Shown here in pieces: positions 26,961 to 40,100 of a stretch of 64,000 bases of DNA (positions within the stretch are counted from its first letter, which is position 1; each line of letters starts with the position of its first letter). The DNA is from Camelus ferus (lineage: Eukaryota). The position numbers were made by a program, and so were the translations under genes. The stretch spans positions 62,498,001 to 62,562,000 of the forward strand of contig NC_045697.1 in NCBI RefSeq assembly GCF_009834535.1, in the 5' to 3' direction. The notes beneath the pieces were generated by a model. The model was given only the letters and a program-made list of their open reading frames with translations, was not told the DNA's origin and did no database searches.

Positions 26961-28116
26961 AGTACTGATTTGTTTTTCCAAAAGAAATCACAACACTTCA
27001 TCAAAATGATTTGAAATGAAAGCCTGGAGAAGTAAGACCAACATCTACTGTTAGACATAGAAAAGGAATTTTCAAGTGGTTTTAAGGATTAGAAGAACTA
27101 CATAATGGCAGAACAAGCCAAGTTGGTAAATTTCCTCATCATTTCTGGCACATAGCGAGTACTCAGTATTTCAATGACTATTTGGATTCTTGTTGGTCCT
27201 TTTTGTTTAGTATATTGCTGTGCATGGATGTCCTAGAAATGTGTGAAGCTCCTGCTGTCCATCAAGAAGTTTCCTGACTTAGATTTCTGCTGCTTGACTT
27301 TACTAAAAGATAATGTGTAAGAAGTCAGGAATGTTCCTAAAAACACCTTGTTACCGCTCCATCTTCATCTTCTGTGACTCCTTATGCCCATTTTAATCTT
27401 TAGCTGCATGCAATCAGTGTATTTCTTTGACAGTGATGTCCTCTCTCGTGCATCAGTGCCATTGTGTATGTATCTGACATAACCCTAAGACACCTCTGCT
27501 GCTACTTCAGTGAATGGAGCCCCCAAATGCTGTTCATGAGAACTGTGGAGTGCTGAGCAATAGAAACTCTATTTTCAACTCTGATTGCAAGAATATATTG
27601 ACTCTTCCTAAAATAAATGAAGAAAACCCTTCCTTCTCTCCAGCAACATGGCAAAGGAGACAAAACAGAAATATAGTAAAGTTCTGACCGAAGAAGAAGA
27701 AAGCCATTTTAGGGGTTAACAAGGAAAGTATTTAGACAGCAAGCAGTTTGCAGAGCAGGTGGGTTAGGAGAGAGTAAGGAAGGGAAGCAAAATCTCTGTG
27801 GAAATCATTTGGTTAAGACTTAATTCTTAAAACAAACTAAACAGGGACTGGACAGTAAGTCTCCCAACATGGTGAAGTGATGCTCCCTGACAGACAGCAT
27901 GCACTTGGTACTGGGCATGCACGAGGAGCATCAGGACCCAGAGGACAAGAAGTCTCACAGTTTTCTTGTAGTGATTCCAATTACTCTTAGAAAATTCTTG
28001 CTGTGTTTACAATATCCCTCCAGGTATTTTTAAGTTATAGTACTTTTACTGAGTAGCTTGCTCCTACTGTTTTTAATAAGTGCTCAAAATTAGAAAAATA
28101 AAGCATATAGAACTCT

Positions 28117-28600
28117 TTATTGGTCAGGGTGGCATCTGGAAACAAAATACAATATTAAAATTGGGTTTATTTGAGGAGTGTTTAATAAAAGGACTATTTA
28201 CAAAAGTATCAACAAGATGCAGGCAAATCACAAGGGAGTGTAAATCTTCTGGGCTAGCAACAGGATGCTGTTACCACCTCTAGGTTTAAAGGAACAAAAG
28301 AAACAGAGAAAGCACTGGAGCCCAAAGAGAGAAGGCCATCTGACAGGGGCTGTGACCACTGGTAGGGGAAGCAGCCAGCCTTGAGTGGCTCTGCAGGGTG
28401 AAGAAAAAAAAAAAAAGGTAGGAGGATAAATACTGTAACCTCTTTGTCCTCTTTTGCTCTGATTTCTGCTAGGACCTCCCATTGACTGAACCCAACCACA
28501 AGCCAGGAGGCAAAGGAGTTTGTTGATCCAGTGAGCCTCCTGGCATAGTGCAAGATGGAGAAGAGGGGAGGGTAGACAAACCCACCACAACCCCATCTAG
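28117..28600 (-). mobile_element. ERVL-class LTR (LTR33/LTR41-like)
   Basis: tattggtcagggt terminus, gagtgtttaataaaaggactatttaca, cctcccattgactgaacccaaccacaagccaggaggcaaagga. Confidence 0.6.
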
Positions 28601-29411
28601 GGTGCCTCCTGGGCAAGCCTTAATGATTGAAGCCCAAGTGTATATTTGCACATAGTGTATATCCTGCCTGAAATGCCCATTTAATCTCCATTCTTTTAAG
28701 TCCAACAAACTGCCTTCCACCAACCCAAGCTCCATCTGGCTAATGATCTAGTTCAAGACTCAAATTAAGTGTTACCTCCCCTAGGAAGACAGAAACTCAC
28801 TGTGCCTATTTTTGATAACCAGCTGATCAGAACTCATCAGAAGATAAGTTCAATAAAACAGAAAACCCAGTAAAAGGGTAGTTTAAACATGACAGAAGTT
28901 TCTTTCTGGTGTAAGTTAGATCTACTTAGGAAAATCCATAAATCTCTAGACACCATCCTATAGAAAATGAATGAGCTCACTCTGTGTACTAGGCGGCGCC
29001 TGGGTCCAAGCAGAGGTGGTCTGCAAAGCTTATAACCATCAGCTCACAGTTTTAAGGTGGAGAGACTCTAGTCTCCACAGATTTGTAGAAATGTCTAAGG
29101 GAGAATCATTAGATAATACTGAACTACAGTGCACCATTTTATATTAAAAAAGAAACAGAATAAGAACAACAGGGGGAGAAAAGGACTTGAGACACACTGC
29201 AAACAGATTTTTTTCCCTCAAGACTATATAAGAAATGTAGTAAAAGAGAAATCTAGTTATGTGAGCTCTTCAAAAATAGCTCTCCTATATTCCTTTTCCA
29301 GTAAGGGTAGTCATTGTCCAATTACATGATTTTCCAATTGCAAGTACATTTCTGGAACTAGCACAGAGGACAGTGAAGAATCTGTTAATGATGGTCAATA
29401 TTTTCAAACTA

Positions 29412-32400
29412 ACGTTGACCCTGTAACAGTGTAGGGGTTAGGAGTAATGATCATTGTGTAGTCAAAAAATCCACTTGTAACTTTTGACTGCCCCCAAACT
29501 TAATTACTAATAGCCTACCATTGACAAGAAATCTTACCAATAACATAGTTAACACGTATTTTGTATGTTACATGTATTATATACTGTATTCTTACAATAA
29601 AATAATCTAGAGAAAATAAAATGATATTTAAAAAGTCATAAGGAAGAGAAAATAGTACTATATTTATTAATACCATAAGTTTACATTGTTTGTTTACAAA
29701 ATGAATCATCTGTCAGTATCTACATCAGTAGTGCCTTACGTGGTACAAAACGCTGTCAGTCTTATACAGATTACCAACACTAGACATCAGAAATGAAAAG
29801 ATAATGTGAAAAAAATTTATAGTTATTTACAGATATAACTATTTATACATTGATAACAAAGAAGTGCTTTACAGTAGGTAAAGCTGATATGATTGCTTCA
29901 TTGTAAACTAGCCTATATATCAATGAATAAATTTTATAAAATTTTTATGCCTTACAGTATTACAGTCATATTCACAGTACAGTACTGGAAACATTGTTAC
30001 ATTTTTAAAAAGCCTGTGCTGATAGGCTGTTAACATCACTTCTCTAATTATGAGAGAGAGAGGCATCCTGTACAGTAATGTAATTCTTTGAAAGCAAAGT
30101 TATAAAACAGTAAGAAAACTAACACATTATTAACTTTATATTAATTATCACTCATTTTATGCCTATGTAATTATAGGCTATTCACTTCAATGCAAGTTTT
30201 ACATGGGAAGTTTTACACTGTGAATACCTGGGCAATGATGATAATGACACACAGACATCTTGTGCATTTCTTGCACTGCAGTTACTAAATTTTCACACAA
30301 AGACACTCACACATGCACAATAAATATGTTTATTACTATTCAGTAAGTGGAAGCAGCTCATCATAGAGGTCTTCATTCTCACTGTCATCAAGTTGTTAGA
30401 CTGAGGAGGAGGAGGAGTTGGTCATCTTGATGTCTCAGGAGTGGCAGAGGTGGACAAGGAGGCAGGAGAGGCAGGTACACTCAGTGTAATTTAATAGAAA
30501 TACATCATAATTTTTGTCTGATGTTCTTGAATTTTTGTTTCTCTAAAAGTGTTTCTAAATAGCACCAATCTTTCTCCCACTGTTTGCTTTAGTTTCAGTG
30601 CCCATGTTATAGAAGGGTCCATGTCATAAAAGAAAGCAAAAGCAGTCTTGAATAATCAGAACCCTTCTGCCAGGTTGTCTAATGTCAGTTTGCTTTCTGG
30701 CACTGCTTCTCTTATGTCTTCTTCCTCACCCTGGACACTGGTTCAAAAACACACATCTCCATCAAGTTGTCTTCTGTTAATTCCTCTAGTTTGGGGTCTG
30801 TTAGCTTTTGATTTTTTCCAAGATCCATAATCTTTTTCCATTTTGTCAAATCCATAATCTCTTTCATGATTTCCTTGATTGGCTCTGTCATAAATTCTGT
30901 GAAGTCATCCAGAACATCTGGACACAATATTTTCCAGCGAGAATTTGCTGTTTTGGATTTGTTGGCTTTTTCTATAACAAAGATGGCATCTTCAATGTGT
31001 AATCCTTCCAGACCTTCATGATGGTCTCTCTGTCTGGGTTCTCTTCCATAGTGTTGACAATCCTTTCTATACAGTACCATATGTAATGAGCCTTAAATGT
31101 CCTTGTGACCCTCTGATCTAGAGGCTGAATTAGAGACATTGTATTTTGGGGCAAGTAGACCACTTCAGTGACTTTTGGTGTTGAACTCATGGGGTTCTGT
31201 GTGGCCAGGGGCATTGTCCAATATCAAAAGGACTATAAAAGGCAGCTGTTTACTAGTAAGGTACTTCCTGGCTTCAGGGACAAGGCATAGATGGAATGGC
31301 TCCAGAAAAAAATATTCTTATCCAAGCCTTCTTCTAGTACAACCGAAAGACTGTCAGCTGGTTTTTATCCTTTCCCTTCAAGGCTCGGGGGTTAGCAACT
31401 TTGTAGATAAGGCAGTCTTGATTGTAAACCAGACCTCATTTGCACACAACAGCAAATTTAGCCTGTCCTTTCCTGCCTTAAGTCCTGGTGCTCACTTCTT
31501 TTCCCTGCTAATAAATGTCCTTTGTGGCATTCCCCCCCCCCCCCCCCCCCAGAATAGGGCACTTTCATCTGCATTAAAAGAGGATATCCGGCAGACATCC
31601 TTACTCCTCAATGATTTCCTTAATGGTGTCTGGGAACTCGTCTGCTGCCTCTTGGTTGGTAGAAGCTGCTTCTCCTGTTATCTTGACATATTAAGAACCC
31701 TTTCTAAAATTATCAAACTGGACCTGCTAGCATTAATTTTTCCAGCTTTAGATCCATCACTTTCTTTTGCTTTAAGTTGTCATGCAATGACTCTGCTTTT
31801 TCTTGAGTTATATTAGAGTCTCTAGGTATCCTTTCTGTTAGCAATCCTGCAACCACGTAAGGTGCATTTTCAATACAAGATTAGAAAGGTATTCCACCAA
31901 TAGTGCAAGGTTTGGGGGCCTTCTGGCATAGCTGTAGTGATGACTCCACACATTTCCTTTTCTTTTCTTTTTTTTTTACAAAGGTCCTTACGTTGAATTC
32001 ATGTATCCTGAAATGATGGGCAACCTGAGCTACAGACCCCAATCTGAGGTATGTATCGGGCAAAAATTCAACTTGTTCTTGTAATGTCATGACTTTTCTC
32101 TGCTTTTGGGGGAGGCCTTCCAGCATCACTGGGATTGGTATTTCATGTGGGTCCCATGGTGCTATTTAAGGCTTACAGTATTGCACTAAACATGAGGAAA
32201 AGTACATAAGAACTGAGAGAAATCACTTTTTACTGCTGTACACAATTTACTGAAGAGAGAAACTGCTCAAAAGGAGATGATTTGCATCACATGGCATTTT
32301 AAGTGAATCCTTGCCACACTTGAGCTCATTGCAGTAGCAACAGGAGATGGTTACAAAATTATTAGTGTAGTACAGTATTACTATGGTTAATTTTATGTAG

Positions 32401-32734
32401 CTATGGTTTAATACTGCATCTTGACTTTTATGAACAGATCCATGTAAAATCTGTGTTTGTGTTCATAAGTTTTGATAAATTTAAACTTTTATAATGGATT
32501 TGTGTATATTTTGTGGTAGTAAGTGATCAAACAGACTGCCATCTACATATATTTTAAGCATGTATCGCATAACCATCTTTTGCTTAATTTTTTGATGTTT
32601 CTAGGCTGTGCAGTTCATCTGCAAGCTTTTTCAAATTGCTGCAAATCTCAAAAATATTTTCCAATATATTTGTCGACAAAAATCCAGCATAGGGTGAGCC
32701 ACACAGTTCAAACCTGTTGTTCAGGAGTCAACTA
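29412..32734 (-). mobile_element. Tigger2-type (TcMar-Tigger/pogo) DNA transposon, both ends present
   Basis: Degenerate TIRs (acgttgaccctgtaaca ... tgttcaggagtcaacta) flanked by TA at 29410-29411 and 32735-32736; subterminal sequences match Tigger2 as I recall it; transposase remnants inside. Confidence 0.92.
30530..32157 (-). pseudogene. Decayed Tigger2 pogo-family transposase
   Basis: Fragments QKQRKVMTLQEQVE (CENP-B-type HTH N-terminus), VVYLPQNTMSLIQPLDQRVTRTFKAHY (DDE region), FTEFMTEPIKEIMKEIMDL; many frameshifts and stops; 3' boundary approximate. Confidence 0.88.
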
Positions 32735-33144
32735 TACACGAACCCTGGGGTAATGGGTGAATGGAAACCCACTGACTCAGGTCTCCTGAGTAGTTGTCCT
32801 AACTGTGAAGTTCATTAGGAAGCTGTATACATTTGCAACCAGACACAGCAAACAGGAAAATCAGCTCCTGCCCTTTGTTTCAGTGACATCAGATCTCATT
32901 CAAAGAGAGATAACATTTAGAGGGAAATTCCTGCCATATACTGCTACTGTCCTGAATTTTATCAGATTGTATTGGTACTTGATTCCAGTATTAATTTTAA
33001 GAAAGTGATATTCAAAGGGCTGAGAAGAGACAGCAATGTCACATGTTTCTTCCGAATCTTGAAAAGATCATTTTAGAATAAGTAAAACTCCTTTTTAGAA
33101 ATTCAGATTGCAGAGAATCATTTTAGAGGGACTAATTTGCTCAT

Positions 33145-33677
33145 TAATTTTTAAAATTGAGGTGTAATTGACACATATATATTAGTTTCAGGTGTATAAT
33201 ATAATAATTTAATATTTGTATATATTGTGAAATGATCACCATGATAAGTCTAGTTAACATCTGTCACCATACATAGTTGCAAACAAAAATTACTTTTTCT
33301 TGTAAAGAGAAATTTTAAGATTTACTCTCTTAGCAACTCCCAAATACGCAATACAGTACTGTGCTCACCACCATACTGTACATTACGTACCATGACTTAT
33401 TTATTTCATAACTGGAACTTTGTACCTTTTGACCACTTTTACCCATTTTGCCCACTACCCACCCACCTCTGACAACAACCAATCTATTCTCTATATCCGT
33501 GAATCTACGAGCTTGGGTTTTGTTTTTGTTTTGTTTTAATTCTACATATAGGTGAGATCATACAGTATTTGTCTGACTTATTTCACTTAGCATAATGCCT
33601 TCAAAATCCATCTGCACTGTTGCAAATGGCAAGATTTCCCTCTGTTTTATGGTTGAATAAATATACTGTATATACAT

Positions 33678-33708
<31 letters not shown>

Positions 33709-34437
33709 TTCAAGTTAGTGTTTTAATTCCTTTGAATAAATATCCAGAAATGGAATTGCTGAATCATATGGTAGTTCTCCATTTTTATCTATTTTTAATT
33801 TTTTGAGGAACCACCACACTGTTTTTCATAGTGGCTGCACCAATTTACAATCCCATCAATAGTGCACAAGGGTTCCTTTTTCTCTACATTGTCGTGAACA
33901 GTTATTTGTTGTGTTTTTGATGATAGCCATTCTAACAGATGTGAAGTGATATCTCACTGTGGGTTTGATTTGCATCTCCCTGATGATGAGAGATGCTGAG
34001 CAGCTTTTTAATGTACCTGTTGGTCACCTGTATATCTTCTTTGAAAAAAAAGTCTGTTTAGATCCACTGTCCAGTTTTTAATCAGATTATTTGGATTTTT
34101 TTGCTATCGAGTTGTATGAGTATATATATTTTGGATATTCATCCCTTATCATGTATAGGATTTGCAAATATTTTCTCCTGCTCTGTGGGTTGCTTTTTCC
34201 TTTTGTTGATGGTTTCCTTTGCTATATGGAAGGTTTTTTGTTTATTGAAGTCCCATTTGTTTGTTTTTGCTTTTGTTGCCTTTGCTTTTCGGTGTCAAAT
34301 CCAAAAAATCATTGCCAAGACCAATATGAAGGAGCTTACTGCCTATGTTTTCTTCTAGAAGTTTTATGGTTTCAGGTCTTATATTCAAGCCTTTAATCTA
34401 TTTGAGTTAATTTTTTGTATGGTGTAAGATAGGGGTC
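33145..34437 (-). mobile_element. Older 5'-truncated L1 (L1MA9-like) 3' ~1.3 kb
   Basis: aattgaggtgtaattgacacat...tttcaggtgta 3' end plus antisense ORF2 C-terminal motifs; internal (TG)11 at 33678-33700; no clear TSD. Confidence 0.85.
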
Positions 34438-35984
34438 TTCTGGAGCTTCCACGAACTCTGTGAGTGTCTCTCTCTGACTTTTACTCTCAGTCTAGCTCTC
34501 ACTCTTGCTCCTGCTCTCATTCTTATTTTCTCTCTCCCTCTCCCCATTCCTCCAATCTCATAGATGTCTCCTCTGCCTCATATTAGGTACTATACAATTT
34601 TTTTTTTATAATTTTATTTTATGGAGAAATAACAATCTAAATATAGCTTCTGGAAGAAAATAATTTGAACTATCTAGAACTGGGGGGGGGTTCAATATTT
34701 AGACATTGTTCACACTCGAATACCAACTTTATAAGCTCATAAGAGTTCAAGAAACAAAAAAGGAAAGAAAGGAAGCAGGAAAGGATGGATGGAGGGAGGG
34801 AGAAAATATGGAACAGTGGGAGGAAGAGAAGGAAAAAGAAAAAAGGGGAGATTGAAATGGGGGAGGGAAGGAAGCCACAATATCCCTTCAAATCCCAGAT
34901 GTGTTTCTGAGAGATGGACTGAACGAACTGATTCTGACAAGTCCTATGGCATTTGAGATTCTAAGACAGAGGTTTAACTGTTTAAAAGACATTTAAACAA
35001 TTGGTAAAGTGATAACTAAAAAGAGAAATGTAATGTTGCCTCATTACACTTAGAAATTTATATGATAAAATTCTAAGGAATTCTAAGGAATTTTATTCAA
35101 TTGGCAGAGAGTCAAACACATTAAACCTATCTATGAAGTCTAAAGAGAAGGGATGAAAATAAAACTCTATATTCTTTTTTTTTTTTTTTTACTGTTTTTG
35201 ATAACATAATGGAAAAATATATATCTCTAAACTATTTATACACTATTTTCAGGCTGGCTTTATAGTAATGCATTTAAATTAGGCTAGATTATGTAGGAGT
35301 TTGCTACAGGTGTTCTGGAAAAGAAATATCTTTCTAGTTTAAATGTTAACTCCCAAATACAAAAGTCCCAGGTTTGCTCTCATATGTCATGGTAAAAATC
35401 AGCTAGAAACAGTTTTATCTGTCCTCGACAATATGCTTTAAAATTGGCTCTTAAGTTTCATCTTCCAGATGGGCAGCCTTAAGCAGGCCCTGCTGAGATG
35501 GCATATTAAAGACCTAAATATACCTTCAGTCTACACATGAATTCCCCAGGTTGACAATAAATATTTAAAGAGTTGCTGGTGTGTCATGAAAACAAAACTG
35601 CACCTTGTGTCTACGTAGGATGGTTTATAAATAAATATGTTTTCCACTTTTTCTTGTCTAGTCACTTTTATTTAAAGGAGCTAAGCCAGCTGCATTTTCA
35701 AGGGCTGACTGGTACGCTGAGCCACCAGGCTGAGTTACACAGCCGTCAGGAGCTACAAATAGGTGCCACTTGGAACCATGCATATGTTCTAGGGATGCTG
35801 CTAATATACACATTTATATTTTCCATAGAAAACATTGCTCTCTCTCAAAGACCCAGATGACTCAACTAGAGGAGCAGTAAGACTATATTACATTCATTCA
35901 TTCATGTACAAATATTGTTCTAGACACTGCTAAGCCCTGGGGTTACAAAAATAATGGCAAACATGACGATAATATTGATATTAA

Positions 35985-36725
35985 CAGCTAAGCAACCAGT
36001 GCTGGTCGTTGAACAGTAACTGCTTTGTAGCAGTGTGGCATTTTATATCACTGAATTCTCTCCAAAATTCTTTAAGGTGAATATCATCTTCTTTTCACAA
36101 ATATGAAATCTTGATCCCAAAGGCAAAGGTTTTAGTGTCACACAATGATAAACTATAGAACTAAGACAGTCTCCAAGCTGGGACATAATGTATTTTTAAA
36201 TTCGCTTGAATAAGTCACTTAGATTGGCTACAGGGAAGGCCCCCTGCATCAAAGATGAACTGATGCCATATTGGATGGTGATAAACTGACCCAAAGAGGC
36301 CTCATGTTACAGGAGAATGATGCCTGCTAGGTGCGAAAAATAGGAAAAGGTAGAAGAGAGAGGGCAAGGGGGTGCTGCAAGTCTAACTGCACGATGAAAG
36401 GTATAGAGTAATGTGGTCCCAGTTCTCCATTTCATTATGCTTGAAAGTTTTCAGTTCCAGAATTACCAAAGACTTCCTTTACCAAAGGTATTTATGACAA
36501 CAATAGGGAGGTTTACCAGTGTTTATTGAGTGCTAACTCTGAATTAGGACCAGTACTAAGTGCTTATATACTTCATTTGATTCAGTCCTGCCTGTCAGGT
36601 AAGTAGTGTTGCTCCCATTGTTTACTGAGGCTTGCTGAGATGAGGGTTCCTTAAGTTCATGGAGTTCATAAATGTAAAACCAGGATTTGAATACAATCAA
36701 TAATCTTCACCACTACTCCTACTGC
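35985..36725 (-). mobile_element. Two MIR fragments (~35985-36170 and ~36520-36725)
   Basis: gtttattgagtgctaactctg...ctaagtgcttatata...ccaggatttgaatac and a similar upstream copy. Confidence 0.5.
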
Positions 36726-37147
36726 CTCTAATACTTCTGCATAACTGATGCAAGAGAATAAGTAAATGGTATAGAAATGTATTCAACTTTTTTTTTGGAA
36801 AAAAAAATAACCTTTTATGTATTTATTTTTTTTAACATTTTTTATTGATTTATAATCATTTTACAATGCTGTGTCAAATTCCAGTGTTCAGCACAACTTT
36901 TCAGTCATTCATGGACATATACACACTCATTGTCACATTTTTTTCTCTGTGAGTTATCATAACATTTTGTGTATATTTCCCTGTGCTATACAGTGTAGTC
37001 TATTCTACAGTTTTGAAATCCCAGTCTATCCCTTCGCACCCTCCACCCCCCTGGTAACCACAAGTCTGTATTCTCTGTCTGTGAGTCTATTTCTGTCCTT
37101 TATTTACGCTTTGTTTTTGTTTGTTTGTTTGTTTTTGTTTTTGTTTT

Positions 37148-40100
37148 TTAGATTCCACATATGAGCGATCTCATATGGTATTTTTCTTTCTCTTTCTGGC
37201 TTACTTCACTTAGAATGACATTCTCCAGGAGCATCCATGTTGCTGCAAATGGCATTATGTTGTCGGTTTTTATGGCTGAGTAGTATTCCATTGTATAAAT
37301 ATACCACCTCTTCTTTATCCAGTCACCTGTTGATGGACATTTAGGCTGTTTCCATGTTTTGGCTATTGTAAATAGTGCTGCTATGAACATTGGGGTGCAG
37401 GTGTCATCCTGAAGTAGATTTCCTTCTGGATACAAGCCCAGGAGTGGGATTCCTGGGTCATATGGTAAGTCTATTCCTAGTCTTTTGAGGAATCTCCATA
37501 CTGTTTTCCATAGTGGCTGCACCAAACTGCATTCCCACCAGCAGTGTAGGAGGGTTCCCCTTTCTCCACAGCCTCTCCAGCATTTGTCATTTGTGGACTT
37601 TTGAATGATGGCCATTCTGACTGGTGTGAGGTGATACCTCATTGTAGTTTTGATTTGCATTTCTCTGATAATTAGTGATATTGAGCATTTTTTCATGTGC
37701 TTTTTGATCATTTGTATGTCTTCCTTGGAGAATTGCTTGTTTAGGTCTTCTGCCCATTTTTGGATTGGGTTGTTTATTTTTTTCTTATTGAGTCGTATGA
37801 GCTGCTTATATATTCTGGAGATCAAGCCTTTGTCGGTTTCACTTGCAAAAATTTTCTCCCATTCCGTAGGTTTCTTCTTGTTTTATTTCTGGTTTCCTTT
37901 GCTGTGCAGAAGCTTGTAAGTTTCATTAGGTCCCATTTGTTTATTCTTGCTTTTATTTCTTCTAGGAGAAAATTTTTAAAATGTATGTCAGATAATGTTT
38001 TGCCTATGTTTTCCTCTAGGAGGTTTATTGTATCTTGTCTTATGTTTAAGTCTTTAATCCATTTTGAGTTGATTTTTGTATATGGTGTAAGGGAGTGTTC
38101 TAGCTTCATTGTTTTACATGCTGCTGTCCAGTTTTCCCAACACCATTTGCTGAAGAGACTGTCTTTATTCCAATGTATATTCTTGCCTCCTTTGTCAAAG
38201 ATGAGTTGACCAAAAGTTTGTGGGTTCATTTCTGGCCTCTCTATTCTGTTCCATTGGTCTATATGTCTGTTTTGGTACCAATACCATGCTGTCTTGATGA
38301 CTGTAGCTCTATAGTATTGTCTGAAGTCTGGGAGAGTTATTCCTCCAGCCTCTTTCTTTCTCTTCAGTAATGCTTTGGCAATTCTAGGTCTTTGATGGTT
38401 CCATATGAATTTTATTATGATTTTTTCTAGTTCTGTGAAATATGTCCTGGGTAATTGGATAGGGATTGCATTAAATCTGTAGATTGCCTTGGGCAGTGTG
38501 ACCATTTTAACAATATTGATTCTTCCTATCCAAGAGCATGGAATATCTTTCCATTTTTTAAAGTCTTCTTTAATTTCCTTCATCAATGGTTTATAGTTTT
38601 CTGTGTATAATTCTTTCACCTCCTTGGTTAGATTTATTCCCAGGTATTTTATTACTTTGGGTGCTATTTTAAAGGGGATTGTTTCTTTACTTTCTTCTTC
38701 TGTTGATTTATCGTTAGTGTAAAGAAATGCAACTGATTTTTGAACGTTAATTTTGTAACCTGCTACCTTGCTGAATTCTTCAATGAGCTCTAGTAGCTTT
38801 TGTGTGGACCTTTTAGGGTTTTCTATATATAGTAACATGTCATCAGCATATAATGACACTTTTACCTCTTCCTTTCCAATTTGGATCCCTTTTATTTCTT
38901 TCTCTTGCCTGACTGCTGTGGCTAGGACTTCCAGGACTATGTTGAATAGGAGTGGTGATAGTGGGCATCCTTGTCTTTTCCCAGATTTTAGTGGGAAGCT
39001 TTTGAGTTTTTCACCGTTGAGTACTATGCTGGCTGTAGGTTTGTCATGTATAGCTTTTATTATGTTGAGATATGTTCCCTCTATACCCACTTTGGCGAAT
39101 GTTTTTATCGTAAATGGGTGTTGAATTTTATCAAATGCTTTTTCTGCATCGATTGAGATGATCGTGTGGTTTTTGTCCTTTCTCTTGTTGATGTGATGTA
39201 TTACACTGATTGATTTGTGTATGTTGAACCAGCCTTATGTCCCTGGGATGAACCCCACTTGGTCATGATGTATAATCTTTTTTATGTGTTGTTGGATTCT
39301 ATTTGCTAAAATTTTGGTGAGGATTTTGGCGTCTATGTTCGTCAGTGATATTGGCCTATAATTCTCTTTTTTGGTAGTGTCTTTGCCTGGTTTTGGTATC
39401 AGGGTGATGATGGCTTCATGGAATGAGTTTGGGAGTATTCCCTCCTTTTCAATCGTCTGGAAGAGTTTGAGAAGGACTGGTATGAGTCCTTCTTTGTATG
39501 TTTGGTAGAATTCCCCGGTGAAGCCGTCCTGGTCCTGGACTTTTATTTGTAGGGAGGTTTTTAATTGCTATTTCTATTTCCTTTCTAGTGATCGGATTGT
39601 TCAAGTGTTCAGATTCTTCTTGATTCAGTTTTGGTGGACAGTATGTTTCCAGAAACTTGTCCATCTCCTCTAGGTTACCCAGTTTGGTTCCATATAGTTT
39701 TTCATAATATTCTCGTATGATATTCTGTATTTCTATTTTGTTTGTTGTAATTTCTCCATTTTCCTTTCTTATTTTGCTAATTTGTGCTCTCTCTTTTTTC
39801 TTCTTTGTGAGTTTGGCCAGAGGTTTGTCGATTTTATTTACTTTTTCAAAAAACCAGCTTTTGGTTTGGTTGATTTTTTCTATGGTCTTGTTAATCTCTA
39901 TTGTATTTAATTCCTCTCTGATTTTTATTATTTCCTTCCTTCTGCTGCTTTTTGGGGCTTTTTGTTCTTCTTTTTCTAATTCATTCATGGTGGTGGGTTA
40001 AATTGTTTATTTGAGATTGTTTTTCTTTTTTGAGGAAGGCCTGTATCGCTATAAACTTCCCTCTTAGCACTGCCTTTGCTGTGTCCCATAGGTTTTGAGT

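Noticed and set aside
27890..27945. gcatgcacgagg resembling part of a tRNA-derived SINE
   Set aside because: No A/B boxes, tail or TSD; the match is too short.
31175..31816. 213-aa plus-strand ORF
   Set aside because: Antisense shadow of the decayed Tigger transposase; non-ATG start, no recognisable domain.
10618..35199. Two long T runs (10618-10643 and 35175-35190) both followed by ACTGTTTTT
   Set aside because: Similarity does not extend and there are no TSDs; likely coincidence in low-complexity DNA.
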